NCBI GenBank assembly: GCA_965644295.1 | Contig: CBFFRP010000001.1 | Location: 148,743 to 212,742, forward strand | Source: Paraphysomonas bandaiensis | Lineage: Eukaryota > Protista > Chrysophyceae | Reading direction: 5' to 3' | Length of the DNA: 64,000 nucleotides | Translations under genes and position numbers: made by a program | Notes under the pieces: generated by a model | The model's database searches: none | Told to the model about the DNA's origin: nothing | What the model saw: the letters and a program-made list of their open reading frames with translations, nothing else | Shown here: positions 47,464 to 59,900 of the stretch, piece by piece | How the letters are laid out: every line of letters starts with the position of its first letter | Numbering within the stretch: position 1 is the stretch's first letter

Positions 47464-49075
47464 TAGTAGTGAATGTCTTATGATTAGCAATAGGCGTTTA
47501 GGATTCAGAACTACTACTGTAGCAAAGCAATTTAACTAACTAACTAGTGCTTAACTCTGATATCCTACTTTATTTAACGCTACGAAAGCTGCTGGAGTGC
47601 GTCACCGCAAGTACCAAGGTGCGACCACCTCCACTTTAACGCTATCACTCTAAGCAAACGCAGTGAGCAAGCAGAATGTTGATATACCTGACATCTGCTG
47701 ACTTCAGAGTTGTTGAGTCCTTAAGGTGAACAGCCCGGATGCTTGACTGCAGCAAGAAACCGAAACCCAGGATGGATGCCCTTGAGGTGGGCCCATTCCC
47801 GGATGACTGTTTATTTGCCAAGGCCCGGGTTCCTGAATATAAGGGCTTGGATTACTGCTCACTACCTAATAACAAGAAGAACACGAAACATCATTGATGA
47901 CAGTGTCAGGTCTCTAACGCCCTACTAACTGCTAACATCCTTGTCCCTAACACGATTGTAAGGCTCGACGACCAAGAAATGAACTTTACCAGAACTACTC
48001 AATTCTAACGATTGCGAAGCGGAAATATAATAATATATTGTATGAAGTATACACTATCTGTATTATTAATAAATGGGTGCAGTATATGCTATATGCTACC
48101 ATGTTTGAGTGAAAAAAAACATATAATTGTTGAAAGTTTGTCCAACACACTCATAACACCACTGCAGTGTCATACACACACACAGTACACTCTACCTCCT
48201 CCTCGAGAACCCCCAGACAAACTATCTCCTCTCCCTTCGTCTCTGATACCTTGCCGTCATCTTCCTTCCACACATACTCTATGCCTCAGCCTGTACCCCC
48301 CTGCACCAACACAGACACTAACAAGGGCAGCTGAGGACGTCCGAGTGTCTCCTCCAGACCATCATCATCATCATCTCGTGCATAGGTCTATCAGAGTACT
48401 CGACCTCAGTGACTCTTGTTCTGTTGCGCAGTCTCACTCTCCTCAATCAGATGTTGCCTCTCTTGCACCATCTCACTCCCTCTCGACTCCCTGTAGCTGG
48501 ACACACCGGATGACCCTCACATCCCACCCCTGTACAGCTATACACCCTCTTGCATGTGTTCTCTACCGCTGGCTAAGACAGCAAAAGAACCGATTTCGAC
48601 GCTTCTTCACAGTAGGCCATAACCTTTTGCAAGACCTTCATCATCCACATACCTCCGAGCCACTTGGAACAATGCCTAAAGGAAGGCCACCAGATCGCCA
48701 ATCTCAGAAGGGCATATTACTGTTTCCCCTAACTGCCATAAGGCTAATAAGTCAGTCCCCGTGAGGTACATAAGGCTATCTATCATATAGCGAGTGGAGT
48801 CTCATCCCAAGAGGAGACCTCCAGATCACACGCGCCGGTGAGTCCCAGGACACACGATCATGGCGAGCCTCATAACACACACTAAGAACGGAAGTGGCTG
48901 CACCTTGGTGCTTGCGGCGACGCACAAGCAGCTTCTGTAGCGTTAAATAGTAGGATAAAAGAGTTTGTATTGATTAGTTACGGGTAGTAGTCTAACTAGT
49001 ATGACTAGCATTCTTCTAGCCACTAATTGGTGCAGGCTTTCAACGCCTATTGCTAAATAATCAGACATTCAATAT
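47464..49075 (+). mobile_element. Hairpin-ITR repeat family, copy 3 (longest, both outer and inner ITRs)
   Basis: Outer IR 47471-47498 / 49042-49070 (GAATGTCT...TTAGCAATAGGCGTT); inner IR ~47561-47628 / 48894-48957; ORF remnants MPKGRPPD (~48732) and HPKRRPPDHTRR* (~48804). Confidence 0.85.
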
Positions 49076-49531
49076 TGAAAGTTTGTTTTTGTATCTATTC
49101 TTTTGTATGAAAGGTATGAGCAGTAAATATTAACTTGGCGAATAATACATACAAGTATTTCTTTATCTCTCAGAAAAGTATTCAAATAAAAGGTTTTTAA
49201 GACATGCTCCCTGCACACTATATAACCTGATGTGAATACGAGCAGTAGCACTTGATTCTAATTTATTCCGGGTATAAATGTGGTTAGCTATAAATATGAA
49301 ATCAGATATTACTTCGATTAGTCAAATCGGGTTCTATAAAATTCATTTCTTTCGAAACGTAAATCGAGAATGGATCCTTAATCAAATTACACAATTACTA
49401 CCATATCCAAAGTTTTATTTTCCCAGAAATATTGATAGTGGCCAGTACAGTGTCTCGATGGTAAAAGACAACAAATTAACAACAATAGTATCGAAAGTCT
49501 CATATCATCGTTAAACATCGGCCGACGCATG

Positions 49532-50221
49532 TTACATTTCCTCCTGAGAACGGCGTACCGTCTCACGTACACGCCTCTTGAATTCTTTCCTATCATTACG
49601 CCACATCACCTAATCACACATATATAATACATGAATGATAAAAGAGGTCTATCATACCGCAGCATCGATATTTGCCGGAGACTCGTCGTTCGGATCCGAA
49701 AGCATAGAAACGACAGATACTATTATAGCCTCCACACTAAGAATTGGACGCCACCTTTCCTCGGCTGTCTCCTATACGCAATATTAAAACGAAATCAATA
49801 GACTGCTAACACTTACCAGCTCATTGAATTTGTCTTCTCCAGGGGGGTGTAAAATTGATATGCACACCTTTCCATCATCGTACACTGTAGACAAATAAGA
49901 ACAGCATGGAATAGTTAATTATACTAACCATTGGGGTGCCACATATGGGTCAGAAACGTCATTACAGGTGGAGAGTTAGGAAAGTCTTGTGGAAATTCCA
50001 GTTTAGCTGAAAAGAAGCCTCCTTCATATGGCGTGTCGCTTGGGCCGATTATCATAAGCTTCCAGTTGAATATGTTATCATCATCTCCTAGTCCAACAGA
50101 GACCCCTTCAGGAGGATTTCTTGACAACTCTGCGGATAATAATAAATACACCCACATGTTATTCAGTTTCTTCTTTACCGAGAAGTTGACGCCTGAGAAG
50201 TTCTGTCGCATAGCTGCTCAT
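49532..50221 (-). CDS. UBC7: Ubiquitin-conjugating enzyme E2, UBC7/UBE2G type; 4 introns
   Basis: [15 protein letters not shown]|LSRNPPEG...PYEGGFF...MWHPN|[22 protein letters not shown]|..ERWRP...[13 protein letters not shown]|..RRSQEEM*; acidic loop after the catalytic Cys. Confidence 0.93.
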
Positions 50222-51462
50222 GCTGATAGAAATATCAATGCGCTCCACTCCACAATGACACTACTTATTGTGGGGATATCTCCTAGATACTCCTCGGCAA
50301 AGTCTTGCAAATATATTTATTATATCTGCGGTGCACTATTTTAAGTGGAGCGTTTTCGCTGGTCTCATTGGGTGCCTTCTTCTCTGCTGCCTGCTGTGGA
50401 TGATGCACTGGCTGTATAATTGCCGGTATTTATACACAGAGATGCTCCTGTTGTCTGGGAGATTGCAGACCTTCGCTTCAGCACTGTGTATTTGACTCCA
50501 TTTTTCCTATTTTATACTCCAAAACCTGGTTTTATTCTAAAACTGGATAATGTTTTCTGAAAAGTGACGACTATCTTTGGATTATGTTATTGAATACTTG
50601 AATACAGTGCAAGGCATACTTTTTGTTTACGGCACGGTGTGAGTGTATTACATCAAACCCAATAATTTTACACACCACTGCATTACGGCTCAGAGACTAC
50701 TAACGCTGAGTTGCACTCCTCTGCTGTCTTATTTTAAAAGAAATGTGACTTATTGTTTGTATGATGACTGCACACATAGATTAGACTGAGCTGACTATGG
50801 AACACAACGCTATAGAGCGTATATATGGAGGCGTCTTCTGATACACTGTCAGAGAGGAGTCCACACTCTCCTCTGGTTTCATACTTGCTACTCTTTCTGT
50901 AACACATGGTACAATGAGCAACATCAGACACTCCCAGCATTGCCAACTCTCTTAATGCAATTTCTTCGTTATTTTCATTTATTTTCTCAAAGAACACTCG
51001 TGCAGTGACTTTTGGTATAGCACCAGCTTATCGCTCATATTGTTGATCAGTTAAATGAATTATAAGTCAAGAATGACTTAGATGGAACTGCTGCTGTTGC
51101 TGTCTATCGGTAGACGTCATATATGAAGCTCTTGTTTATCAGTCCGTTGAATTGTATATTCCGTCTCTCAGGTGCAGAATGAACACATATAAACACACGT
51201 TTAAGGTCCTAAAGTACGTTTGAATCTTTAACTAGCTACATGTTGTCGTAATCGAATTCTTTGGGTTTAGCTGTTTGTTAGCAATTAGAAATTTAATTTC
51301 TTGGAAGCTTTTAAATTATGACCATGACTTGAATAAGTAGAGTAGTGGTTAACAGTAGAACATGAATTAATGATAGTAGGAGACAACATGAATCTAGTGA
51401 CTAACAATGAACTATATGAAATTTCGATTATAACTTTAACAATTGGGAAATATTATTCAACC

Positions 51463-52624
51463 CAGGGCTAGGAACAATATATTAAATTGCAATACATTAT
51501 ACAATATATTGATTGGTCGACCGGCCAAAAATCCCATCAATATTGTTTCTGTTGAAGTTGCTCACAATATATTGCAATCAATATTATGATAGTCATATAA
51601 GAGAAGATCCTTTACTGTTGGGCGCAAAATGGATATAAATAATCCGGAAAATAAGAAAAAAGCCTATTTTGGTATTATTTATGCGTTGCCAGCTCAAACA
51701 GTACTCTACACATGTACGTATAGTCTCTTAATATAATATATATTTTCATACTGATAAATAAGATGAATGCATACAAGAGTAGAGATAATTACCGCTGTTT
51801 TTGGAGTCTGGTTGCAGGCGAAACAAACAAGACCTGAGAAGTTTGAAAGAGTTTCCAAGCTGCTTCAGACAGGAGGATCAAGTCAAGTAAATCTTTCTGA
51901 ACGCCGGAACATCTTTTGATGCCTTATTGATGGACTTCGGGGCAAGGTATCCCCTATCTGCTTTAAGTAAAAAGAGCTCCATTGTTAATGATTCGAATTT
52001 AGGGAATATGGAATTGCAAAATTTCAAACAGGCGAATAATTTGATTAGACAAGATCTGAGATAGATGCTGTTAGAATATATCTCCGTTCAGACAGTGATT
52101 ACAACAATACAGAGGATGATGAAGCTGATGTTGGCTAAGCGATTAAATATCTTCAGTCAGCTCAAAAATTAAGAAACGTACAGGTCCACGAGTCATGTGG
52201 TATGTACTTCCAATACATGGGAACGTCTGTTCAGCGCAGCTAAACATATTATATCAGTGTTGCGCAAAAGTATCCATCCTACTTAATATGCTGTTGTTTC
52301 TGAAAGCTAATCGACAGTTGTGGCCGGATACTAGCATACTCCAATTAATTCTGTGAATGAACATGGTGATGTTGACGTCACCGATGATGGCTCAGAGGAT
52401 GAGGACGAGGTGGATTTTTATTAGCTATAAGCAGTAGTTGTCAGGTGATGTTAATGACTGATACTAAGAATGGAATGTACGGATGTGTTTACTTACCGAT
52501 TAGTCATACTAATATATTGCAATATATTGTAATTGTATTGTAGGGCCTGTTTAAAATCTCCATCAATAGTATTGTTGGAATGCTCTCTAACAATAGTATT
52601 GCAATATATTGTTTTCTAGCCCTG
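51463..52624 (+). mobile_element. Non-autonomous hAT element (CAATATATTG family)
   Basis: TIR CAGGGCTAG(G/AA)AACAATATATT; 8-bp TSD ATTCAACC (51455-51462 and 52625-52632); remnant ERLFSAAKHII...MLLFLKANRQLW. Confidence 0.95.
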
Positions 52625-52808
52625 ATTCAACCTCTAGTCAAATATGTTGCAAAACCGAGTCACACTATTTTTGGTCAAAGTAATAAATGACGCAATTAGT
52701 TAATTTTGGTATTATTCAACCTTATCGATCTTATATCCATTGATTACACACTGTGACTTCTAAGATACCATCTCACACCACATAATATTATATTAGTGGC
52801 TTATAGAG

Positions 52809-53600
52809 CAGGGCGTGGTAACCGTTAATGGCCATCATTAATACCTACTAACTTAGAGTAGATAATACCGCTCATAATAGATAGTATATAGTGCTCCCTG
52901 ATTTAATTTTAATAGCAGATGATTACAAATTGTAACTACTTCTTGCTCTCTACTGACACATCAGGATCTTTTTGCAGGGATTCATGAAGGGAATAAGCAT
53001 CCCACAACATGAAATTGGCTCGTAGGAATAGCAACGATTCTAGACGGTATGGAATCATGTTTCTACGCTCAGGTGTGATAGTCAACTTCGCACGACTAAA
53101 GAGCCTCTCAACAACATTAGATTGTGCTTCAATATGAAGCAAGCAGCGGTAGTTGGACTCATAGGTACCAAGTCGAGCTCTCTTGGCGACCTCGGCGCTC
53201 TTCAGAATACGCTGTGCAAAATCAGTTCCTTCACTCTCGTCCTCTTTATTTCTGTCGGGCGCATTAAAATCAATAGATGAATCCAGTTGCAGATGTCTAA
53301 CTGCTCATCTCTCATTGCCTGCCAACTCTCTTTCATCGTTCCCTTAAATTATAGCCACCGCCTTCAGAAAAATTGCACTTGCGACAATGCTTGCGTTCAG
53401 GGAAAGGTATAGATGCAGCTCTGGAAATTCTTGTAGCAGTATATCACATAACTGGCGGGCTTTTGATACAAATTGGTTCCATCTCTTTGTAAGGCGAGCG
53501 TAACACTCTGTAAGTTTCAAGTTGCGTCAAATATTGTTTCATCTTTCAATAGTTAGCTGGAGTAAGAATCTGGAGTAAGGAGATACTTTCTTTCTTATAA
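52809..53600 (-). pseudogene. hAT transposase 3' remnant with one CAGGGC end
   Basis: QSNVVERLFSRAKLTITPERRNMIPYRLESLLFLRANFMLW (52936-53142); CAGGGCGTGG terminus at 52809. Confidence 0.75.
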
Positions 53601-53712
53601 AGGACAATAAATTGCCCCCGTGAAGTCTCTCATTTCCCGAAATTCTCTCGAGTTCCTCTTGCCAAGAAAAATCCGCATGTTTGCCGCCCTTTATGGCTAT
53701 ATATGATTCACA

Positions 53713-54862
53713 CATATAGAAAAGTCTGATTATTACATGAGAACGGTTGTATCTAGAATTTGTAATGTAGCTATGGACTTAATAATATGAGTCGCTATTT
53801 ACTGAATTCTTCAACCATCTCGGGACTGCTTGTGCATTGCTGCAAGCACACTTGGTGCAACCATCCCTTGTATTGGAGTTAGTCCGGGGGTCTACCTTTG
53901 GGCAGTGTTTCTGGCGTTCCAGTGCCGCACGTTACTTGAGGAGTGGAGTGAATGACATGTATGTGGGAGTGTAGGTCGGTTACGGAATGTCTGCTAGTCC
54001 TTGTGTTAGGAGTGCTGTCTATGGCAAGTAGCTGGGATTGGACCTTGTCGATGGTTTCTCGGAATACTATTCTCCCACATCTACATATATTAATATATAT
54101 ATATTATAACTCTGACCCACCCTTAAATGTCGCGGACCCCTACCCCAAAGGGCAAAACACATCCATCGTACACATTAGGATGTTGCAGGTGCATTATTAT
54201 AGTACTACCATCTCATTAGAAGGCAGTTGTTTCCGGAGTGGATGTGCAGGCCTGGGCTGGGGTCGGGTTCGAGTGGGGGGTATGATTCTAGGAGTGGATG
54301 TTGCTCGGAGTAGCTGGAGTAGTTTCGGAGTGGGGTCGGTCCTCTGGGTGGGGTGGGGTGTATTGCATCGGGGGATGTGGGGAGCTGTATCGCATAATAT
54401 AGGTTCTTTGCGTCGAGCACAATGTGTAGACATGGCTACATGGCTCATATGGCATGGAACAACGCCCAAACGGTGCATGGCGACACCGCCACATTCCACC
54501 ACACCATCACCCTCTCAGTCCACACATCTAGTGCTCGGTACACTCAGGACCTTAATACAGAACCCGGTACCTCAGAGCCAGGCGGAACCGTATCCCAAGG
54601 GGAGACCCCCGGACAACACGCGCCAGTGAGTCCTCAGACACACGAGCAGGGCGAACTCACACACAACATCAAGAACGGAAGTGGTTGCACCTTGGTGCTT
54701 GCGGCGACGCACAAGCAGCTTCTGTAGCGTTAAATAGTAGGATAATAGAATTTGTGCTGATTAGTTATGGGTAGAGGTCTAACTAGTAGACTAGTATTCA
54801 ACTAGCCGCTATATCGGAACGAGTTTTTAACGCCTATTGCTAAATAAAAAGACATTCAATAT
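53713..54862. mobile_element. Hairpin-ITR family copy 4: composite of two opposed 3' ends with RT-derived interior
   Basis: Left: B-type hairpin 53823-53863 with LPKGRPPD* on the minus strand (stop 53879-53881). Right: YPKGRPPDNTRQ* (stop 54627-54629), A-type ITR ~54680-54745, outer end 54857. 54038-54065 is identical to 62162-62189. Confidence 0.8.
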
Positions 54863-55209
54863 GGCATGGAACACAACAGCGGCTTCGAAATGGGACGGTA
54901 TGTGTGTGTTGAGTGGAATAGAGTGGGCGGAGGTAACGGTGAAACGGAGGTTCTCTGCGGTCGGCACCATGTGTAGACTAGACTGTATCGCGACGAAAAT
55001 AATGCGCGGACAGGTCGATATGGCTCATGGAAGATAAGGAGTTGTGTGTGTTTGTTGTTAATGTATGGGGTGTGATGTAAGAAGGTATAGTGGCATAGTG
55101 TAGGAAGGAGTAGATGCAGTGAGGTTGGAGTGTGTCGTTGTGGAACCAGGATGGCGTATACCTGGTATACATCAGAATACTGGAGTGGTAAGGAAGAGCG
55201 TATATGGGC

Positions 55210-56936
55210 TGTAGTACTCTTGCGCAGAGAAAAAACACGGTACTCGGTCGGAAGTCACGGATGCTACAGATCAATAAACGGACGGAATACCCCCGTTGCC
55301 TTTTTACACTTCTAGTCTACAGCCGTACACAAAACACTGCATAATATAACACCAGTTAATGGACAGTATACGATTTACCTTGCACATATGTTACATCGTA
55401 CATAACCTCCACATCTGATTGACATAGCACACTCGCACGTAAATGATCAGCCGTTGTGCAGGGAAAGAATTGATCCAGATCTCCTACATTTGGTAACTCC
55501 ATAGCGTGCCCTGAGAGTCCTGCCACGGTACATTTCCTGGTCGCCGGCCTTATATTGTGCAGTAATGCAGGGTGAACCACTGATACGTCCGCCTGATTAT
55601 CTAGCAGTGCCTCGTACTACCTGAATGGGTGGCCTCCGGATGTGAATGCGTTCTTTAGGGTCACCGCACAGTTTCTCTCCCCAACATATCAGGGGTTTCC
55701 TCCGTTGTTCTCTGTGCCGTGGATTCTTCTGCCCTCTTTTGAATTCTTTGTGGTCGTCTCTGTCGCCATTTTCGTCAATGTCGCCTGTGAGGTTCTCCTT
55801 TATTTGTGCCTTTCCGTTTGATTTAGTAACGAAGGCTGCTCCTCCTGCCGTGCGCGTTTGTCGCTTGGCCGGTAAGTATTTGGACACCTTGTTGTAAATT
55901 TCATTTATATGTGTTGGCGCACTCTGTGTTCCCATTGTAGTTTTAAAATCGCTGTATCTCGCGTCGTCTAGATCGTTGAAAAAATCCATCGCCACACCGG
56001 TGTCTGGCATTTTTGCGTTGTCCATTTCTTTTATATGCCTCCAGTAAATAATCAAATTTCTCCTTGTAACTCACGATGCTTTCGAACGTTCCTTGCCAAA
56101 CTTCTTGGTATTTTCGCCTAGTCTCTGCTTTCATTACTGCTCCCACATTGGAGCTTGTCGCCACCTTGTGTGTCTTTTTTATTGCAAGCCATAGCGATAG
56201 TGGATAATAGTTTTATAGCGTCGTGGGATTCGTTGCTCAGGTGCTGTATCATGAATCCGTACAGTGGGATTCTGTTCTTGGCCATATCTCTCCTATGGCC
56301 CGAGATCTTCTGATACATTGATCTTCGATCTCCTTGTACCCGATGGGGTCTGTCCTCGGATTGACATCCCTGGAGTCGGGTCTCGGTGGCTCGTAGTACT
56401 CGTCAAGGTCTCCGTACCTCACCATGGCTTCGGCCACCAATTTCTGCTTGAAGATAGGCAGATTACATTTTGCGCCATATCTTAGCATTGGCACTGCGTC
56501 ATAACTGTGAGACTCTTGTCTTCTTCCAGATCTTGTATATCTGGGATATCTCTCTTTTGTCGTTTTCTTCATAATTTTCTCTTACGCAGACAAAAAACAC
56601 GGTACTCGGTCGGAAGTCACGGATGCTACAGATCAATAAACGGACGGAATACCTCCGTTGCCTTTTTACACAGTCTACACTACAGGTAGTCAAAGCAAGG
56701 TTCTCTTTGCAGTTACTACAGAACTCGTTAGTAAGAGAAAATTATGCTTCAATGCACCAAGGTGCTTGCAGCAATGCACAAGCAGTCCCGAGACAACTCA
56801 GTATTTAGCAACTTTGACACCACTAGTCTAAAGTCGTAGATAGCTAAAACAAAGTAGTTCTCTCTTGTAATAATCAGATCTTTATATATGCTTCTAGTCT
56901 ACAGCCGTACACAAAACACTGCATAATATAACACCA
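55210..56936 (-). mobile_element. Decayed, internally deleted Copia-like element (gag + protease only) between short LTR-like direct repeats
   Basis: Repeats 55210-55351 and ~56580-56933 (the latter interrupted at ~56670-56890); frameshifted gag (VPMLRYG, QHLSNES, QGTFESI, AMDFFNDLDDARY) and protease LLDNQADVSVVHP; no TSD found. Confidence 0.75.
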
Positions 56937-59900
56937 TACACCTCTATGTGCCCTATGCATATCTTATACAGTCACTTCAAGTACTAAACTGAAAAGAACA
57001 TCCTCTGATTTCTCTACGGGCGGGAGACGTATGTTGGGAGTTCCTACGGCGTGTACTCTGGACAATATACAGTGTAATATACGGTATATTCCAGTGGTGT
57101 AGGTTGCGTGTATATGACTGAGTTTCGGTGGTGTGTGTGATGATGTTGGAGTGGGTGTGATGGAGGAGTGTAAAGTATGAAAACACCGTAGACGAGGTTT
57201 GTGATGGAGCTCTGGTACCCTTAATATTCCACAGGGCGTGTTCGGTGCAAGTAGGCGCCTCCAGGGTGGTTTCGGGTGTTGTGGGATAGGCCAGTAAGCT
57301 TGGAACAGCGTTTCCAGATGTTTCAGCGAGCTGATGTGGGCGAAATTGGCTGTTGAGTAAACCCGCAGCTGTCGGATATGCAGCTGCGGGGATGGCACTG
57401 GGGGAGGCCATGCTGTGGGTCAGAGCAACACTGCCAGGGATGCATCCCTGCACTGGAGTGTGTGTAGGCTCGATTTGTAATGTGTTATTGGGTGTTTGCG
57501 TCTATCCAAAGACCTGAATGTGTAGGTGTTGTAGTGTGGTCACCGTGAGGTGGATGTGGTCATGTGGACGGAGGTAGAACATGTAATAAGAAGTTTTCTT
57601 AAATGGTGCCTGTTGCTTCCTAGAGCTAGAGAATTATATATGATTCACACAAGTCGTGTAACCTTGCTGTATATCTTAAAAGTTGGACCAGCCCTCCACT
57701 TGTCGGACTGTAGATGGTCCAACACTCGAAATAAAAGAATTGTGGTCACACTCATCTTCCATACGAAAAAACACAATACAAAAAAAGTGGGGCCAGACTG
57801 GTCCGCTTTTTGTCGAAAACGTCTCCATGGTATATGTTGTATGGTATATATATATACACCAGAGTAATAATAATAACTTGCTTTTTGCTTTTAGTTAGTT
57901 TTTTCAACTTTGGGGGGAAAAATAGTGTTTTTATGCAAGTCTAGAAATATGCATATTTTTAATGTATTTTTTAGAGTTTTTGGGTACGTTGCTTGCTATG
58001 TATATATTGCTCACCAGGAAACTATTCTCTAAAACTCTAGAATGCATTGAGAAGATATTTAACAAGGTTGCCACAAAGTACTTGTAGAGTTGCATGAACA
58101 TTATTGTCTATTATTGTTTAGAGTTTCTTCGGAGTATAGAGGAGATACATACTATATTATCTTAAAAACACTCAGTTCTATATATAAAGTTGATGTGATG
58201 ACCAAACCTGCTGGTGCAACGCTTTAAACCTGGTGAAATTTTAAATGTTGATTTAAGTTGTTTTGCAATATAAAAGTAATGTAGTATATAGTAGGTGTAA
58301 AAAGAACATGTTATTAGAGATATTTAATAAATTTTATATTAGTTACAGGTCCAAAAAGTGAGAATGTAACGGTTAATGTAACGGTTACATTTATATATAT
58401 ATAATATACTGCTCCCACATTGGAGCTTGTCGCCACCTTGTGTGTCTTTTTTATTGCAAGCCATAGCGATAGTGGATAATAGTTTTATAGCGTCGTGGGA
58501 TTCGTTGCTCAGGTGCTGTATCATGAATCCGTACAGTGGGATTCTGTTCTTGGCCATATCTCTCCTATGGCCCGAGATCTTCTGATACATTGATCTTCGA
58601 TCTCCTTGTACCCGATGGGGTCTGTCCTCGGATTGACATCCCTGGAGTCGGGTCTCGGTGGCTCGTAGTACTCGTCAAGGTCTCCGTACCTCACCATGGC
58701 TTCGGCCACCAATTTCTGCTTGAAGATAGGCAGATTACATTTTGCGCCATATCTTAGCATTGGCACTGCGTCATAACTGTGAGACTCTTGTCTTCTTCCA
58801 GATCTTGTATATCTGGGATATCTCTCTTTTGTCGTTTTCTTCATAATTTTCTCTTACGCAGACAAAAAACACGGTACTCGGTCGGAAGTCACGGATGCTA
58901 CAGATCAATAAACGGACGGAATACCTCCGTTGCCTTTTTACACAGTCTACACTACAGGTAGTCAAAGCAAGGTTCTCTTTGCAGTTACTACAGAACTCGT
59001 TAGTAAGAGAAAATTATGCTTCAATGCACCAAGGTGCTTGCAGCAATGCACAAGCAGTCCCGAGACAACTCAGTATTTAGCAACTTTGACACCACTAGTC
59101 TAAAGTCGTAGATAGCTAAAACAAAGTAGTTCTCTCTTGTAATAATCAGATCTTTATATATGCTTCTAGTCTACAGCCGTACACAAAACACTGCATAATA
59201 TAACACCATACACCTCTATGTGCCCTATGCATATCTTATACAGTCACTTCAAGTACTAAACTGAAAAGAACATCCTCTGATTTCTCTACGGGCGGGAGAC
59301 GTATGTTGGGAGTTCCTACGGCGTGTACTCTGGACAATATACAGTGTAATATACGGTATATTCCAGTGGTGTAGGTTGCGTGTATATGACTGAGTTTCGG
59401 TGGTGTGTGTGATGATGTTGGAGTGGGTGTGATGGAGGAGTGTAAAGTATGAAAACACCGTAGACGAGGTTTGTGATGGAGCTCTGGTACCCTTAATATT
59501 CCACAGGGCGTGTTCGGTGCAAGTAGGCGCCTCCAGGGTGGTTTCGGGTGTTGTGGGATAGGCCAGTAAGCTTGGAACAGCGTTTCCAGATGTTTCAGCG
59601 AGCTGATGTGGGCGAAATTGGCTGTTGAGTAAACCCGCAGCTGTCGGATATGCAGCTGCGGGGATGGCACTGGGGGAGGCCATGCTGTGGGTCAGAGCAA
59701 CACTGCCAGGGATGCATCCCTGCACTGGAGTGTGTGTAGGCTCGATTTGTAATGTGTTATTGGGTGTTTGCGTCTATCCAAAGACCTGAATGTGTAGGTG
59801 TTGTAGTGTGGTCACCGTGAGGTGGATGTGGTCATGTGGACGGAGGTAGAACATGTAATAAGAAGTTTTCTTAAATGGTGCCTGTTGCTTCCTAGAGCTA

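Noticed and set aside
47464-49075. Calling the ITR family DIRS or an ordinary MITE
   Set aside because: No tyrosine recombinase or Gypsy-type RT seen, no TSD, and the ORF remnants link it to a LINE-type RT; left unclassified
50268-50997. Short ORFs upstream of UBC7
   Set aside because: No recognisable motifs or splice-supported model
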